Shown here: positions 31,445 to 41,189 of the stretch, piece after piece
Position numbering within the stretch: the stretch's first letter is position 1
Layout of the letters: every line of letters begins with the position of its first letter
DNA from: Nitrospirota bacterium
GTDB lineage: Bacteria > Nitrospirota > UBA9217
DNA: 64,000 bases
Assembly (NCBI GenBank): GCA_963737155.1
Contig: CAVTRN010000002.1
Location: forward strand, 1,440,001-1,504,000
Direction of reading: 5' to 3'
Made by a program: the position numbers and the translations under genes
Notes under the pieces: model-generated
Databases searched by the model: none
What the model was told of the DNA's origin: nothing
What the model saw: only the letters and a program-made list of their open reading frames with translations

Positions 31445-34400
31445 ATGCACAGGGAACTTTTTCTCGGCATTGATGTCGGCTCAGTAACAATCAAAACCGC
31501 AGTCCTTGATGCGGGTCGTTGCCTGCTTTCCGAATCCTACGACCGGATCAAAGGCGATCCGCTCGAAGTGCTTTTGCACCGCCTCCAGGCACTTAAAACA
31601 GAACATCCGGACAGCAGCATCAAGGCCGCCGCTGTCACTGGCAGTGGCGGGAAACAAGTTGCGAAAACAATCGGCGCCCTATTCATTAACGAAATCCTTG
31701 CCCAGTCTGCATTTATAGGGCGATACCACCCAAATGCACGGACTATTATCGAGATAGGTGGCGAAGATGCCAAACTCATCACGCTCGTTCCGGATAGCAC
31801 ATCAGGCGGCGTCAAGATTGAGGATTTCTCCATGAATGCGGCATGCGCCGCAGGCACCGGATCATTTCTCGATCAGCAGGCCACTCGTCTCCATCTGACC
31901 ATAGAACAGTTCAGCAACATAGCCCTCAAATCGAAAATGCCGCCTCGCGTCGCGGGCCGGTGCAGCGTATTTGCGAAGAGTGACATGATCCACCTTCAGC
32001 AGATTGCGACTCCGGATTACGATATTGTTGCAGGCCTCTGCTATGCAGTTGCTCGGAATTTCAAAGCGACCATCGGCAAAGGGAAAAAGTTTCCCGCCCC
32101 GGTTTTGTTTCAGGGAGGTGTCGCGGCGAACCTCGGTATGCGCAGGGCTTTCCGCGACGTGTTGAAACTTTCGGAGCAGGAGATGAAGATTCCCGACCAC
32201 TTCGCAACGTCGGGTGCAATCGGGGCCGCGTTAATGGCCCGCGAGCAGCGCGGAGAGGTGGCCGTCTACCTCGGGGCTCCGGCGATTGCGACGGTGCTTG
32301 CAGGAGGCGTAGGGTGGGCGGAGAGCGGCATGGCGCGTCTTTCACAGCCGATGGGTATCATGCCGAATCCTGACCAGGACGGAACAGCCGTCAGCGACGG
32401 GCCCATCGAGGCCTATCTTGGTGTGGATGTAGGTTCCGTATCGACAAATGTTGTGGTCATTGACAAAAACAGGATAGTCCTGTCGAAACGCTATCTCCCT
32501 ACGGCCGGGAGGCCCATCGAAGCGGTGAAACAGGGCCTAGCGGAGATCGGAGCGGAGATTGGTGGGAAGTTGAAAATCCTGGGTGTAGGTACTACGGGGT
32601 CGGGCAGGTATCTGACCGGCGACATGATCGGAGCGGATGTGGTAAGGAATGAAATTACCGCCCAGGCCACGGCTGCTGCAGCCATAGACCCCTTGGTGGA
32701 CACCATTTTTGAGATCGGCGGCCAAGACTCGAAATACATCAGCCTTCGGAATGGTGTGGTTGTGGATTTCGAAATGAATAAAGCCTGTGCCGCAGGAACG
32801 GGTTCATTCCTCGAAGAGCAGGCGGAGCGACTCGGAATCAAAATTAAACAGGAATTTGAGGCTAAGGCGTTCTGCGCCGGTTCTCCGTGCCGGTTCGGCG
32901 AACGCTGCACGGTTTTCATGGAATCGGACTTGGTCCATTCTATGAACAAGGGCGCCAGCGTTGAGGAACTCACCGCCGGGCTCGCTTACTCCATTGCTTA
33001 CAATTACCTGAACAAAGTCAAGGCGGGTAAGCCAATCGGCGACCGCATATTCTTCCAGGGTGGTGTTGCCGCGAACAAGGCCGTAGTATCGGCATTTGAA
33101 ACCATCACCGGCAAACCCATCACCGTACCGCCCCATCATGAGGTTACCGGCGCCATCGGTGCGGCGATCCTCGCCATGAGCAACTCCAACGGCAGGAGCG
33201 CGTTCAAGGGTTTTGATTTGAACAAACGCGCCTATACCGTTACGACCTTCGAATGCGCGGCATGTGTGAACCGCTGCGACATCCGGCAGGTGAGCTTCGA
33301 GGGTGAGAAGCCGCTCTACTACGGAAGCCGATGCGAAAAATATGATGTCAAGAAAAAGCATTCAGATGCAGGATCTTTGCCCGACCTTTTTTCCGAGCGC
33401 GAACAGATGTTTCTCGCTTCGCCGCTCACACATACCCTCGGCGAAGATGCTCCGGTGATCGGAATTCCGCGTATGCTTTATGTCAATGATTTTCTGCCTT
33501 ACTGGAAGGTTTTTTTCAATGAACTGGGCTATCGCGTCGTATTATCGGAAAGCACAAACCGCTCGCTGATCAATAGGGCGCTCGAAGCGACCATTGCGGA
33601 GACTTGTTTCCCGGCCAAAGTAGGGCTAGGCCATGTCCTCGATCTTCTTGATAAAAAGGTCGATGTGATTTTTCTTCCGAGTTTCATCCGTCTTCCAGTT
33701 TCTCACGACCAAGCAAGAAATACTCAGGCTTGTCCCTATGCCCAGGCTTTTCCCTATGTCGCGAAGGCTTCGATCCGCTTCGGAAAGACGAGGACTGTTG
33801 AGCCCGTTCTTTTTATGCACGATAAGCGTCAGTTCGATAAAAGCATGAAGGCACTCGGCAGGAGTCTTGGGAAGGGCGCGGCTAACGTGGCCTGGGCGCA
33901 GCGCCGCGCCGCTGAAGCATTGGATGATTTTCACCGCGCTCTTGAGCGACGCGGCCGTGAGGTCTTGGCAGCGCTCAAACCGGGAGAGCATGCGCTGGTG
34001 CTCATCGGACGAAATTACAACACCTGCGATACCGGTATCAACATGAACCTGCCGTCTAGGATTCGCGACCTCGGTGTGCAGGCGATACCCATGGATTTTA
34101 TCCCGCTTCATGAGGTAGATCTTTCAGGGCAGGAGCACATGTACTGGAAATCGGGCCAGAGAATCATAGCGGCGGGACGCTTCATCTCTGGCAACCCTAG
34201 ACTGTTTCCACTGTACCTGACGAATTTTGGGTGCGGGCCTGATTCCTTTATCACCCATTTTTTCCGCGCAGAAATGGGCGGGAAACCGTTTCTCCAGCTT
34301 GAAATCGATGAACATAGCGCTGATGCGGGCGCCATCACGAGAATCGAGGCATTCTTGGATAGCCTGAAGAACGTGAAGGAAACACGACCGCGACCGGATT

Positions 34401-35626
34401 TCACTATGTTCACTAGGAACAACGGAAACGGATCGCTCCATGGGAAGAAGGTCTATTTGCCGCCGATGACCGATCATGCTCATGCTCTTGCAGCCGCGTT
34501 CAGGGCTTGTAGCGTGGAGGCCGTGGTGCTGCCAGAGTCTGACGAGGAAACCATTAGAATCGGCAGAGAACATAGTTCGGGCCGCGAGTGCTATCCACTG
34601 GCACTCACCGTCGGAGACATGATTAAGGCAACCAGGCGGCCAGGATTCGATCCTAGCCAGAGCGCGTTTTTCATGCCTTCGGGTAGGGGGCCCTGTCGGT
34701 TCGGACAGTACAACCGTTACCACCGCCAGGTACTGGACAAACTCGGACTTGAACGCGTACAAATCATGTCCCCCATGCAGGACGAGTCTCTTCACAACGA
34801 TGTCTGTGCGCTGGACAAGAATTTCGTGCTCATGAGCTGGCGAGGTGTCTTCGCCGTGGACATGCTCCAGAAAGCGCTGCGGGAAACGCGTCCCTATGAG
34901 AAAAGGAAAGGGCAAGCGGCCGGTGTATATCAGAGAGCGCTCGATGCGGTGGTGTTCGCAATAGAAAAGAGAAAAGACCTCGTGCCGGTGCTGTGCGGAG
35001 CCTATAATGATTTCATGGCGATAGATATAACGGAGAGGTCGAAACCGGTGATCGGCGTCGTGGGGGAAATCTATATTCGTTCAAACAGTTTCAGCAACGA
35101 GGATGTGGTGGGTCAAATAGAGAAACTCGGGGGCGAAGTGTGGGTCGCGCCCATATCGGAATGGCTGCTTTACGTTAACACCACGGCCAAGGCATCTGCC
35201 CTGATGAACCGCTCCTGGAAAAAGCTGCTGAAAGCGTACCTGACCGCGTGGGTTCAGCGTAAGGATGAGCAACGGCTCCTAAACAGCTTTAATGGATCGT
35301 TGCGGAGTCTTCATGAACCGAGCATCGACCAGACACTGCGCTCTGCCCTACCTTATATTCACCATTCCTTCGAAGGCGAGGCTGTTCTTTCGGTTGGCAA
35401 GGCCATTGATTACATCAACCGCGGTGTTTCGGGCATTGTGAACGTGATGCCCTTCACCTGCATGCCCGGCACCATAGCGACGGCAGTGCTCAAACGCTTA
35501 AGGGAAGACCATCACAATATCCCACTCCTCAACATAGCCTATGAAGGTCAGGGAGCTTCCCAGACACTTACCCGACTTGAAGCCTTCATGCATCAGGCGC
35601 AAGCGTACGATCCACCGAGAAAGTAG
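31445..35626 (+). CDS. Multidomain CoA-substrate enzyme activase (two HgdC/BadF-type ATPase domains + DUF2229-like + dehydratase-like domains)
   Basis: Two copies of GIDVGS / EIGG.D.K / MN..CAAGTGSFL / RC.VF; ETCFPAK, FGCGPD, EIDEHS.DAG..TR.EAF, PFTCMP. Confidence 0.9.
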   Translation: MHRELFLGIDVGSVTIKTAVLDAGRCLLSESYDRIKGDPLEVLLHRLQALKTEHPDSSIKAAAVTGSGGKQVAKTIGALFINEILAQSAFIGRYHPNARTIIEIGGEDAKLITLVPDSTSGGVKIEDFSMNAACAAGTGSFLDQQATRLHLTIEQFSNIALKSKMPPRVAGRCSVFAKSDMIHLQQIATPDYDIVAGLCYAVARNFKATIGKGKKFPAPVLFQGGVAANLGMRRAFRDVLKLSEQEMKIPDHFATSGAIGAALMAREQRGEVAVYLGAPAIATVLAGGVGWAESGMARLSQPMGIMPNPDQDGTAVSDGPIEAYLGVDVGSVSTNVVVIDKNRIVLSKRYLPTAGRPIEAVKQGLAEIGAEIGGKLKILGVGTTGSGRYLTGDMIGADVVRNEITAQATAAAAIDPLVDTIFEIGGQDSKYISLRNGVVVDFEMNKACAAGTGSFLEEQAERLGIKIKQEFEAKAFCAGSPCRFGERCTVFMESDLVHSMNKGASVEELTAGLAYSIAYNYLNKVKAGKPIGDRIFFQGGVAANKAVVSAFETITGKPITVPPHHEVTGAIGAAILAMSNSNGRSAFKGFDLNKRAYTVTTFECAACVNRCDIRQVSFEGEKPLYYGSRCEKYDVKKKHSDAGSLPDLFSEREQMFLASPLTHTLGEDAPVIGIPRMLYVNDFLPYWKVFFNELGYRVVLSESTNRSLINRALEATIAETCFPAKVGLGHVLDLLDKKVDVIFLPSFIRLPVSHDQARNTQACPYAQAFPYVAKASIRFGKTRTVEPVLFMHDKRQFDKSMKALGRSLGKGAANVAWAQRRAAEALDDFHRALERRGREVLAALKPGEHALVLIGRNYNTCDTGINMNLPSRIRDLGVQAIPMDFIPLHEVDLSGQEHMYWKSGQRIIAAGRFISGNPRLFPLYLTNFGCGPDSFITHFFRAEMGGKPFLQLEIDEHSADAGAITRIEAFLDSLKNVKETRPRPDFTMFTRNNGNGSLHGKKVYLPPMTDHAHALAAAFRACSVEAVVLPESDEETIRIGREHSSGRECYPLALTVGDMIKATRRPGFDPSQSAFFMPSGRGPCRFGQYNRYHRQVLDKLGLERVQIMSPMQDESLHNDVCALDKNFVLMSWRGVFAVDMLQKALRETRPYEKRKGQAAGVYQRALDAVVFAIEKRKDLVPVLCGAYNDFMAIDITERSKPVIGVVGEIYIRSNSFSNEDVVGQIEKLGGEVWVAPISEWLLYVNTTAKASALMNRSWKKLLKAYLTAWVQRKDEQRLLNSFNGSLRSLHEPSIDQTLRSALPYIHHSFEGEAVLSVGKAIDYINRGVSGIVNVMPFTCMPGTIATAVLKRLREDHHNIPLLNIAYEGQGASQTLTRLEAFMHQAQAYDPPRK

Positions 35627-35740
35627 CGCACATGGCCGGTTGTACAGCGTAGTCGTGATACTATCCAATGTGGGCTGATCGAAGAACCGCAACGGACCGC
35701 TGTTTACGCCTGATTATGATGCTGCCGGAAACCTACAGAC

Positions 35741-37318
35741 ATGTCACTTAAGAAAAAAATCACGCTCAGTTTTTTTATCAGTGCCTTCATAATCGCGATC
35801 CTCGCTGATTTCGAGTATGTTAATTTCGTCGAACTCAGGAAAGAAATCCGATATCTTGAGATTATTGACATGGTGAGCCGTAAAGCGGTCCAGCTCAGGC
35901 GCCATGAAAAGAATTATTTTCTTTATGGCCCGAAACGAGGCAACGTTGAGGCCGCATCTGTTTATGATTACCTCAAGCAACTTAAGGATATTCTCGCACA
36001 AAATCCCCATATTGACGAAGCAGACCAGCTTTCTTTGCGCGCTAAAATCATTGAGTATGAACAGCGTTTCACGAAAATCGATGCAGCGTCAATAAGTCTT
36101 ACAGCGGATTTTGAAAAGCTCAGGAAATCTAATCGCAGGGATGATAAATTCATTGCTCTAGTTGAAGACACCTTCCTGGAGCGTCCTGCAGAGTCCGCGG
36201 TGTTTCTGAAAAGCGTATACCGTCTCCCGGAGAGGCATTCTCTTGTTACGAAACTCCAGGCGTTGAATACCGACATCGCGTCTCTGATAAAAACGGGCGA
36301 GGATATATTGGTCATCAAGAGCGACCTCGACAAGGTCAGCCGTGAAAAAGCGGAAACTGTTATCCGTGTTTCGCAGATTGCGATTCTCATATTCTTCCCC
36401 CTCTTTTTCGTGGTTGGCATCGGAATGCTGTTCTTCATCAGCACCAGTGTCGTGAGGAGGCTCATACTTTTGATCAGCGTGGTAGAAAAGACCGGTAAGG
36501 GATCGTATCCCCATCTCACCGGATCAGGTTCGAAAGGCAATCCCGATGATGAAGTAGGAGTGCTGATCGATAAGTTCAACGAAATGGAGGACCAACTCGC
36601 ACTGCGTGAACAGGAGATAGAGCGAAAAAACATGGAACTGATGCAGGCGAAGAAACTGGCTGCTATCGGTACGCTCGCATCGGGCGTGGCCCATGAACTG
36701 AACAACCCACTCAATAATATCTACCTCTCAGCCCAGGTCCTTATGCAAGAAGCGGGTGAAAGCTGCTCTCTTGACGTGAAAGAGGCGGTGAGCGATATCG
36801 TCGGCCAGACGGAACGGGTGAAGCGGATCGTCAGTGACCTTCTGGAATTTGCCCGCGGCAGGGAGCTTCGGCTCCATGAAGCGGATTTGATCGCGTTGAT
36901 CGAAGACGCATACCGGAATGCGGGAAGCTCGCGTGACATGAGCGGAATAAGGTTTTCCTTCACTTCCAAACCCCCAGTGTTGCTTGTATCGGCCGATACC
37001 GGACAGCTTGAACAGGTGTTCACCAATCTTTTTATCAATGCCGCAGACGCCATGCAACAGAGGGGTGAGATCATCGTATCGATTAAACAGGTAGCGAACA
37101 ACATTGAGATCGGGATATCCGATACCGGTAATGGTATCCCGGCCGAATCACTTGATAAAATATTCGAGCCCTTTTTTTCCACGAAAGATAAAGGCACTGG
37201 TCTCGGATTGGCGATAGTATATAGTATCGTCAAAAAACACCATGGTGATATAACGGTCAAAAGCGAAGAAGGAAAAGGTACGACATTTACTGTTGCCCTA
37301 CCGGCACATCATGCATAG
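35741..37318 (+). CDS. Membrane sensor histidine kinase
   Basis: Two TMs, RR.EKNYFLY sensor motif, AHELNNPL, NLFINA, DTG.G, GTGLGL. Confidence 0.95.
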   Translation: MSLKKKITLSFFISAFIIAILADFEYVNFVELRKEIRYLEIIDMVSRKAVQLRRHEKNYFLYGPKRGNVEAASVYDYLKQLKDILAQNPHIDEADQLSLRAKIIEYEQRFTKIDAASISLTADFEKLRKSNRRDDKFIALVEDTFLERPAESAVFLKSVYRLPERHSLVTKLQALNTDIASLIKTGEDILVIKSDLDKVSREKAETVIRVSQIAILIFFPLFFVVGIGMLFFISTSVVRRLILLISVVEKTGKGSYPHLTGSGSKGNPDDEVGVLIDKFNEMEDQLALREQEIERKNMELMQAKKLAAIGTLASGVAHELNNPLNNIYLSAQVLMQEAGESCSLDVKEAVSDIVGQTERVKRIVSDLLEFARGRELRLHEADLIALIEDAYRNAGSSRDMSGIRFSFTSKPPVLLVSADTGQLEQVFTNLFINAADAMQQRGEIIVSIKQVANNIEIGISDTGNGIPAESLDKIFEPFFSTKDKGTGLGLAIVYSIVKKHHGDITVKSEEGKGTTFTVALPAHHA

Positions 37319-37586
37319 CTGCTGAAATATCAAACTCCCTATTAAAGGGAAATAAAGTCTGCGATGGAGTTCCACCGTAGAACAAAGAAATGACACATGG
37401 TTAATTGAAAAGCTAAATTACCATTCTCTGAGGCGCATGTTGCATTTGTGCCAAGAGCCATTTCCACTTTTGATTTGTCTTTGCCCGGGCAAATGAAATT
37501 GACACCGCCCGAGGGGAGTATTATGATGTCTGTGGATGGTCGCACATTCCTGTGACGACCCAATACAGTCGAAAAGAGAACCATTA

Positions 37587-38918
37587 ATGGCATTCAAAAT
37601 CCTTGTAGCAGAAGATGAAGAGATAACCCTGAAGCATCTGATCAATACCCTCGCCAAGGCTGGATATTCAGCGACCGGCACTAAGAACGGCCTCGAGGCG
37701 CTCGAGAAGATAGAAAACGATCATTTCGATTTGCTGATCGCGGACATCAAGATGCCGGGGCTCACAGGCTTGGAACTACTCGAAAAGATTAGGGAGAAAC
37801 AGCTCGAGTCAGAGGTGATCATCATTACCGGCTTTGGCAGTATCAGCTCGGTTGTGGAAGCCATGAAAAAGGGCGCTTATGACTATGTTACAAAGCCATT
37901 CAACCTCGATGAACTGCTTCTGAAAGTTGGGAAGATCCGGGACCAACTATCCCTTAAGAAGGAAAATATAGCGCTAAAAGCCTATGTCAGCGTCGACAAG
38001 AAGGTGTCGATTATTGCTCAAAGCACGAGCATGAGCAACATTCTTGGCATTATAGAAGGCATGCGGGCTTCGGACTGCAATGTGCTGCTGACAGGTGAAA
38101 CTGGTGTGGGCAAAAGCCTTCTGGCCAAGATCATCCATTATACCAGCAGGCGGCAGGATATGCCGTTTCTTTCGATCAACTGTGCCACACTCACTGAGGA
38201 ACTGCTCGCGAGCGAGCTGTTCGGATATGAAAAAGGGGCGTTTACGGGAGCGGTCAAAACCAAGCAGGGTTTGGTAGAAATCGCCGATTCTGGCACGCTG
38301 TTCCTTGATGAGATCGCTGAAATGGCGCCTAGCCTACAGGCCAAACTCCTGAAAGTGATAGAAGAGGGAGAGTTTTACCGGGTGGGTGGAACCAAACCCA
38401 TCAAGGTCGATGTGCGGTTCATCGCTGCGACTAACCAAAATGTGAGGACTGCCATCAGTGAGGGCCGTTTCCGCGAGGATCTCTACTACCGACTGAATAT
38501 CATGGAAATTTTCATTCCGCCGCTCCGTGACCGCCGCGAAGACATCCCTCCGCTTTGCAACTATTTTTTGGGAAAACATCTTCCGAGTTCGCGCAAGAAA
38601 ATCACGGGCTTCACTAAAGAAGCCATGGAGGTACTCATTCACTACAGCTATCCTGGCAACGTGCGCGAATTGGAGAATATTGTCGAGCGCGCAATAATTC
38701 TGGAGCAGACAAGTCTGCTTACTCCGGAAAGCCTGCCTCAAACCATCAAAATGTTCCAAATAGAGGCCATCGAACCGAACAAGATAAAAACGCTGGAGGA
38801 GCTGAGCAAGGATTATGCAGAGCAAGTGATCGAGATTCTTGGCGGCAACAAATCGAAAGCTGCCGAGGTGCTCGGCATCTCTCGGACGAGCCTCTGGCGC
38901 ATTATGAAAGAAGAATAG
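37587..38918 (+). CDS. NtrC-family sigma54-dependent response regulator
   Basis: REC (EDE, DIKMP, KP), GETGVGKS, GAFTGA, PGNVREL, Fis-type HTH. Confidence 0.96.
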   Translation: MAFKILVAEDEEITLKHLINTLAKAGYSATGTKNGLEALEKIENDHFDLLIADIKMPGLTGLELLEKIREKQLESEVIIITGFGSISSVVEAMKKGAYDYVTKPFNLDELLLKVGKIRDQLSLKKENIALKAYVSVDKKVSIIAQSTSMSNILGIIEGMRASDCNVLLTGETGVGKSLLAKIIHYTSRRQDMPFLSINCATLTEELLASELFGYEKGAFTGAVKTKQGLVEIADSGTLFLDEIAEMAPSLQAKLLKVIEEGEFYRVGGTKPIKVDVRFIAATNQNVRTAISEGRFREDLYYRLNIMEIFIPPLRDRREDIPPLCNYFLGKHLPSSRKKITGFTKEAMEVLIHYSYPGNVRELENIVERAIILEQTSLLTPESLPQTIKMFQIEAIEPNKIKTLEELSKDYAEQVIEILGGNKSKAAEVLGISRTSLWRIMKEE

Positions 38919-39128
38919 AATTTTCCCCGTCTGTGGAGTCAAAGTTCCGGACACCTCTCTTGCCTTCCGTCACTCAATACAAACCGAATTTATACTAACA
39001 AATAATGCGGGAATGATTTTATTGGGTTTATTTCTCGTGCGGCGCGAGGTACCCTTATCAGATCGTATCTCAAGCTACTAAAGTGGCATATAAAAACATC
39101 CGAGAGGAGAGTCAAGCGCAATGGATGG

Positions 39129-39744
39129 TCACAGCATCATAAGCGACGTCATCATGGCGACGGACCAGATGATGTCCGGGGGCAGTTGCAGATCACAAGT
39201 AGAATCAAGGAGCAGGTCGACGCGAGCAGGGAACTCTTCATTCTCGAGCCAAAGCGAGAGGATGACCGGAGTATCTCGGAAATGGCCATAGCTGAATCGA
39301 TATGTCTGCCAAGCTGACGGGCTGTTGGGCGCCAAGAAGAATTCCTCTTTGCATAAACCCCTTTTTGTCATTTCCGTATTTTTCCGCTATTGAATCAAGG
39401 GGCAGAATATGAGATCCTCGGGTAAAAGCTTCTCCGCCGCGAATCTGCTCCAGTTTTGTGAGCCGGCCGGTACAAGTGATATCTTTGACACTCACCAGAT
39501 ACCAGAGAACCGAGAGCCTGAAAAAATAACTTAACCGCTGAAGGAGCGGGGCGCTTCCCTCTGCATCGCTCGTTATTGACCTGTTCTTGGACGAGACTGT
39601 AAAATCCATCCCGAAAGATTTGATCACGTATACGTCGCGCCCGGCGTCGAAGATGGCACCCGAAGCTCTACAGACAAAATCAGGCTGTAGTGATGCTAAA
39701 GTTTCCCACGCCTTATCCTCGCCCGGATTACACGCTGCCGTCAT
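39129..39744 (-). pseudogene. DUF3786-like protein with one frameshift at ~39270
   Basis: LWYL, GG..F.RGSH.LP, then PFPR / PV...LW...EEFPAR..LL.D split over two frames. Confidence 0.7.
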
Positions 39745-40114
39745 TTTATTCCCTCAAGTATGACATCCGAAGCTTCAATGGCATGATCCCGTTCCAGAAA
39801 AATAATTAGTTACTGCAATAGAAATGGAATTATCTTCCGCAAATCTTTTTTTGCATCTTACCAGCTTTACAATGAATTTCAAAGTAGTTTTATGTTTCAG
39901 ATTTTAACACAGCGCATTAGAAACCATGTTGTGCATTTAAAATTATAAATGTCTTGATTTGCATAATTTTATATTGCAAATAAAGGTCTTTTGCATCATT
40001 TTTCATTGCCGACCTGTTTTTGATATTACTATGGTGTTTCAGTAGGGTTTAAAATTGAAACATGAATATAACCGGTATATATAAAAATATGCATAAAAAC
40101 AGTATCTTATAGTA

Positions 40115-40130
40115 TGGCACTTGTATTGCA
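40115..40130 (+). promoter_or_regulatory. Sigma54 (-24/-12) promoter
   Basis: TGGCAC-TTGTA-TTGCA consensus, near a sigma54 activator gene. Confidence 0.85.
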
Positions 40131-40170
40131 TAATAAATATCAGAGTTTCACTCGTATAGGAGACAGATCG

Positions 40171-40671
40171 ATGGGAAAGAGGCAAGTGCTGTTTGTCACT
40201 TACCGTGATGAGAATCTTGAAGAAGGCGTTTCATACGTGATCGAATTGGCCAAGGCGATGTATGAAGACATTACCCTTCTTTTGGTGAGAAAGAAGAATA
40301 ATCTCATGGACAAGCTCGGGAATCTTATGACCGCTGTAAGTTTTGCAAAATCCGATAACCCCGATACTGTAAGAGATACCATGTTTACGGATTCAATTGG
40401 CGCCGAAGACCGATACGAAAAAGTGCTGGCCAATCTCGTCGCGCAGTGCCGAAGGGAGGGCATCCAGATGGGCGTTGAGGATACAGATCTTGATGCCATA
40501 TCAGGAATCCGGACCTTCCTGAAGAAGCACGCTGGGATCGACAAGGTCGTTCTGAGCCCGACCGTGACCGGCAGTGAAAACGTCTCAGCCAAGGATTTGC
40601 ACCGGCTCGTGCGGACGGCATCTCGGCCGATAGTAACCATGACCCGGCAGGCCTGCGACGGGGCATGTTAA
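40171..40671 (+). CDS. Hypothetical protein, weakly USP-like, first gene after the sigma54 promoter
   Basis: AGGAG RBS, ATG 40171; a decayed paralogue lies at 43078-43600. Confidence 0.75.
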   Translation: MGKRQVLFVTYRDENLEEGVSYVIELAKAMYEDITLLLVRKKNNLMDKLGNLMTAVSFAKSDNPDTVRDTMFTDSIGAEDRYEKVLANLVAQCRREGIQMGVEDTDLDAISGIRTFLKKHAGIDKVVLSPTVTGSENVSAKDLHRLVRTASRPIVTMTRQACDGAC

Positions 40672-40772
40672 ATAATAGCATCAGAGGTTGTTTGAGGAAA
40701 CAAATCGTTCAGCGCTGAACGGTAAATAGACAGCGGAATTATTCTAAAATCAAGAGAAAAGGAGCAAGCGCC

Positions 40773-40925
40773 GTGTATCCATATACACCAGTATCACTGG
40801 CAAGCACAAAAATTTTAATTCTCGTCGGGCTTGGCAATAGGGCTTCTGCCCGCCTTTTCGGAGCCGGAGGGGGATTTCATTTTGACGCCGCTTCTTAACA
40901 TGTTCGGAATCCTGTCGACTGTTGC
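40773..40925 (+). pseudogene. Decayed 5' fragment of tauE
   Basis: Colinear DNA similarity to 43678-43835, including the RBS region AAGAGAAAAGGAG and TGACGCCGCTTCTTA.CATGTTCGGAATCC. Confidence 0.85.
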
Positions 40926-40930
40926 TTCCG

Positions 40931-41119
40931 AAAGGAGGACAACATAGAATCAGTTACCTTCGATACCCCATGCCGCTATCAGAGATGAATGGCATGGTAC
41001 ATGGGATCAGCGCTTTATCCTGGAGATTGGTATCATTCTACTACCTCGGGCAGATCGTACGCTGAAACGTAAAAAGCTTGTATAGAAATGTAGCCAGAGC
41101 ACCCGGCGACAGGCCATTT
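40931..41119 (+). repeat. Dispersed repeat R1, copy a (~190 bp)
   Basis: GGAC.ACATAGAATC.GTTACCTTCGATAC...TGGAGA.TGG.ATCATT.TACTAC.TCGGGCA.AT shared with 50124-50311. Confidence 0.85.
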
Positions 41120-41189
41120 ATTAACACCAAGAGTTACGAAGTAAGGCAATTAGTATTACATAATAATAATTGAAAGGAGATTTTTCACC

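Noticed and set aside
37360-37400. Fluoride (crcB) riboswitch-like GATGGAGTTCCACC
   Set aside because: P1 pairing is poor, the downstream ACTCC pseudoknot partner is absent (ATGACACA), and the adjacent gene is not fluoride-related.
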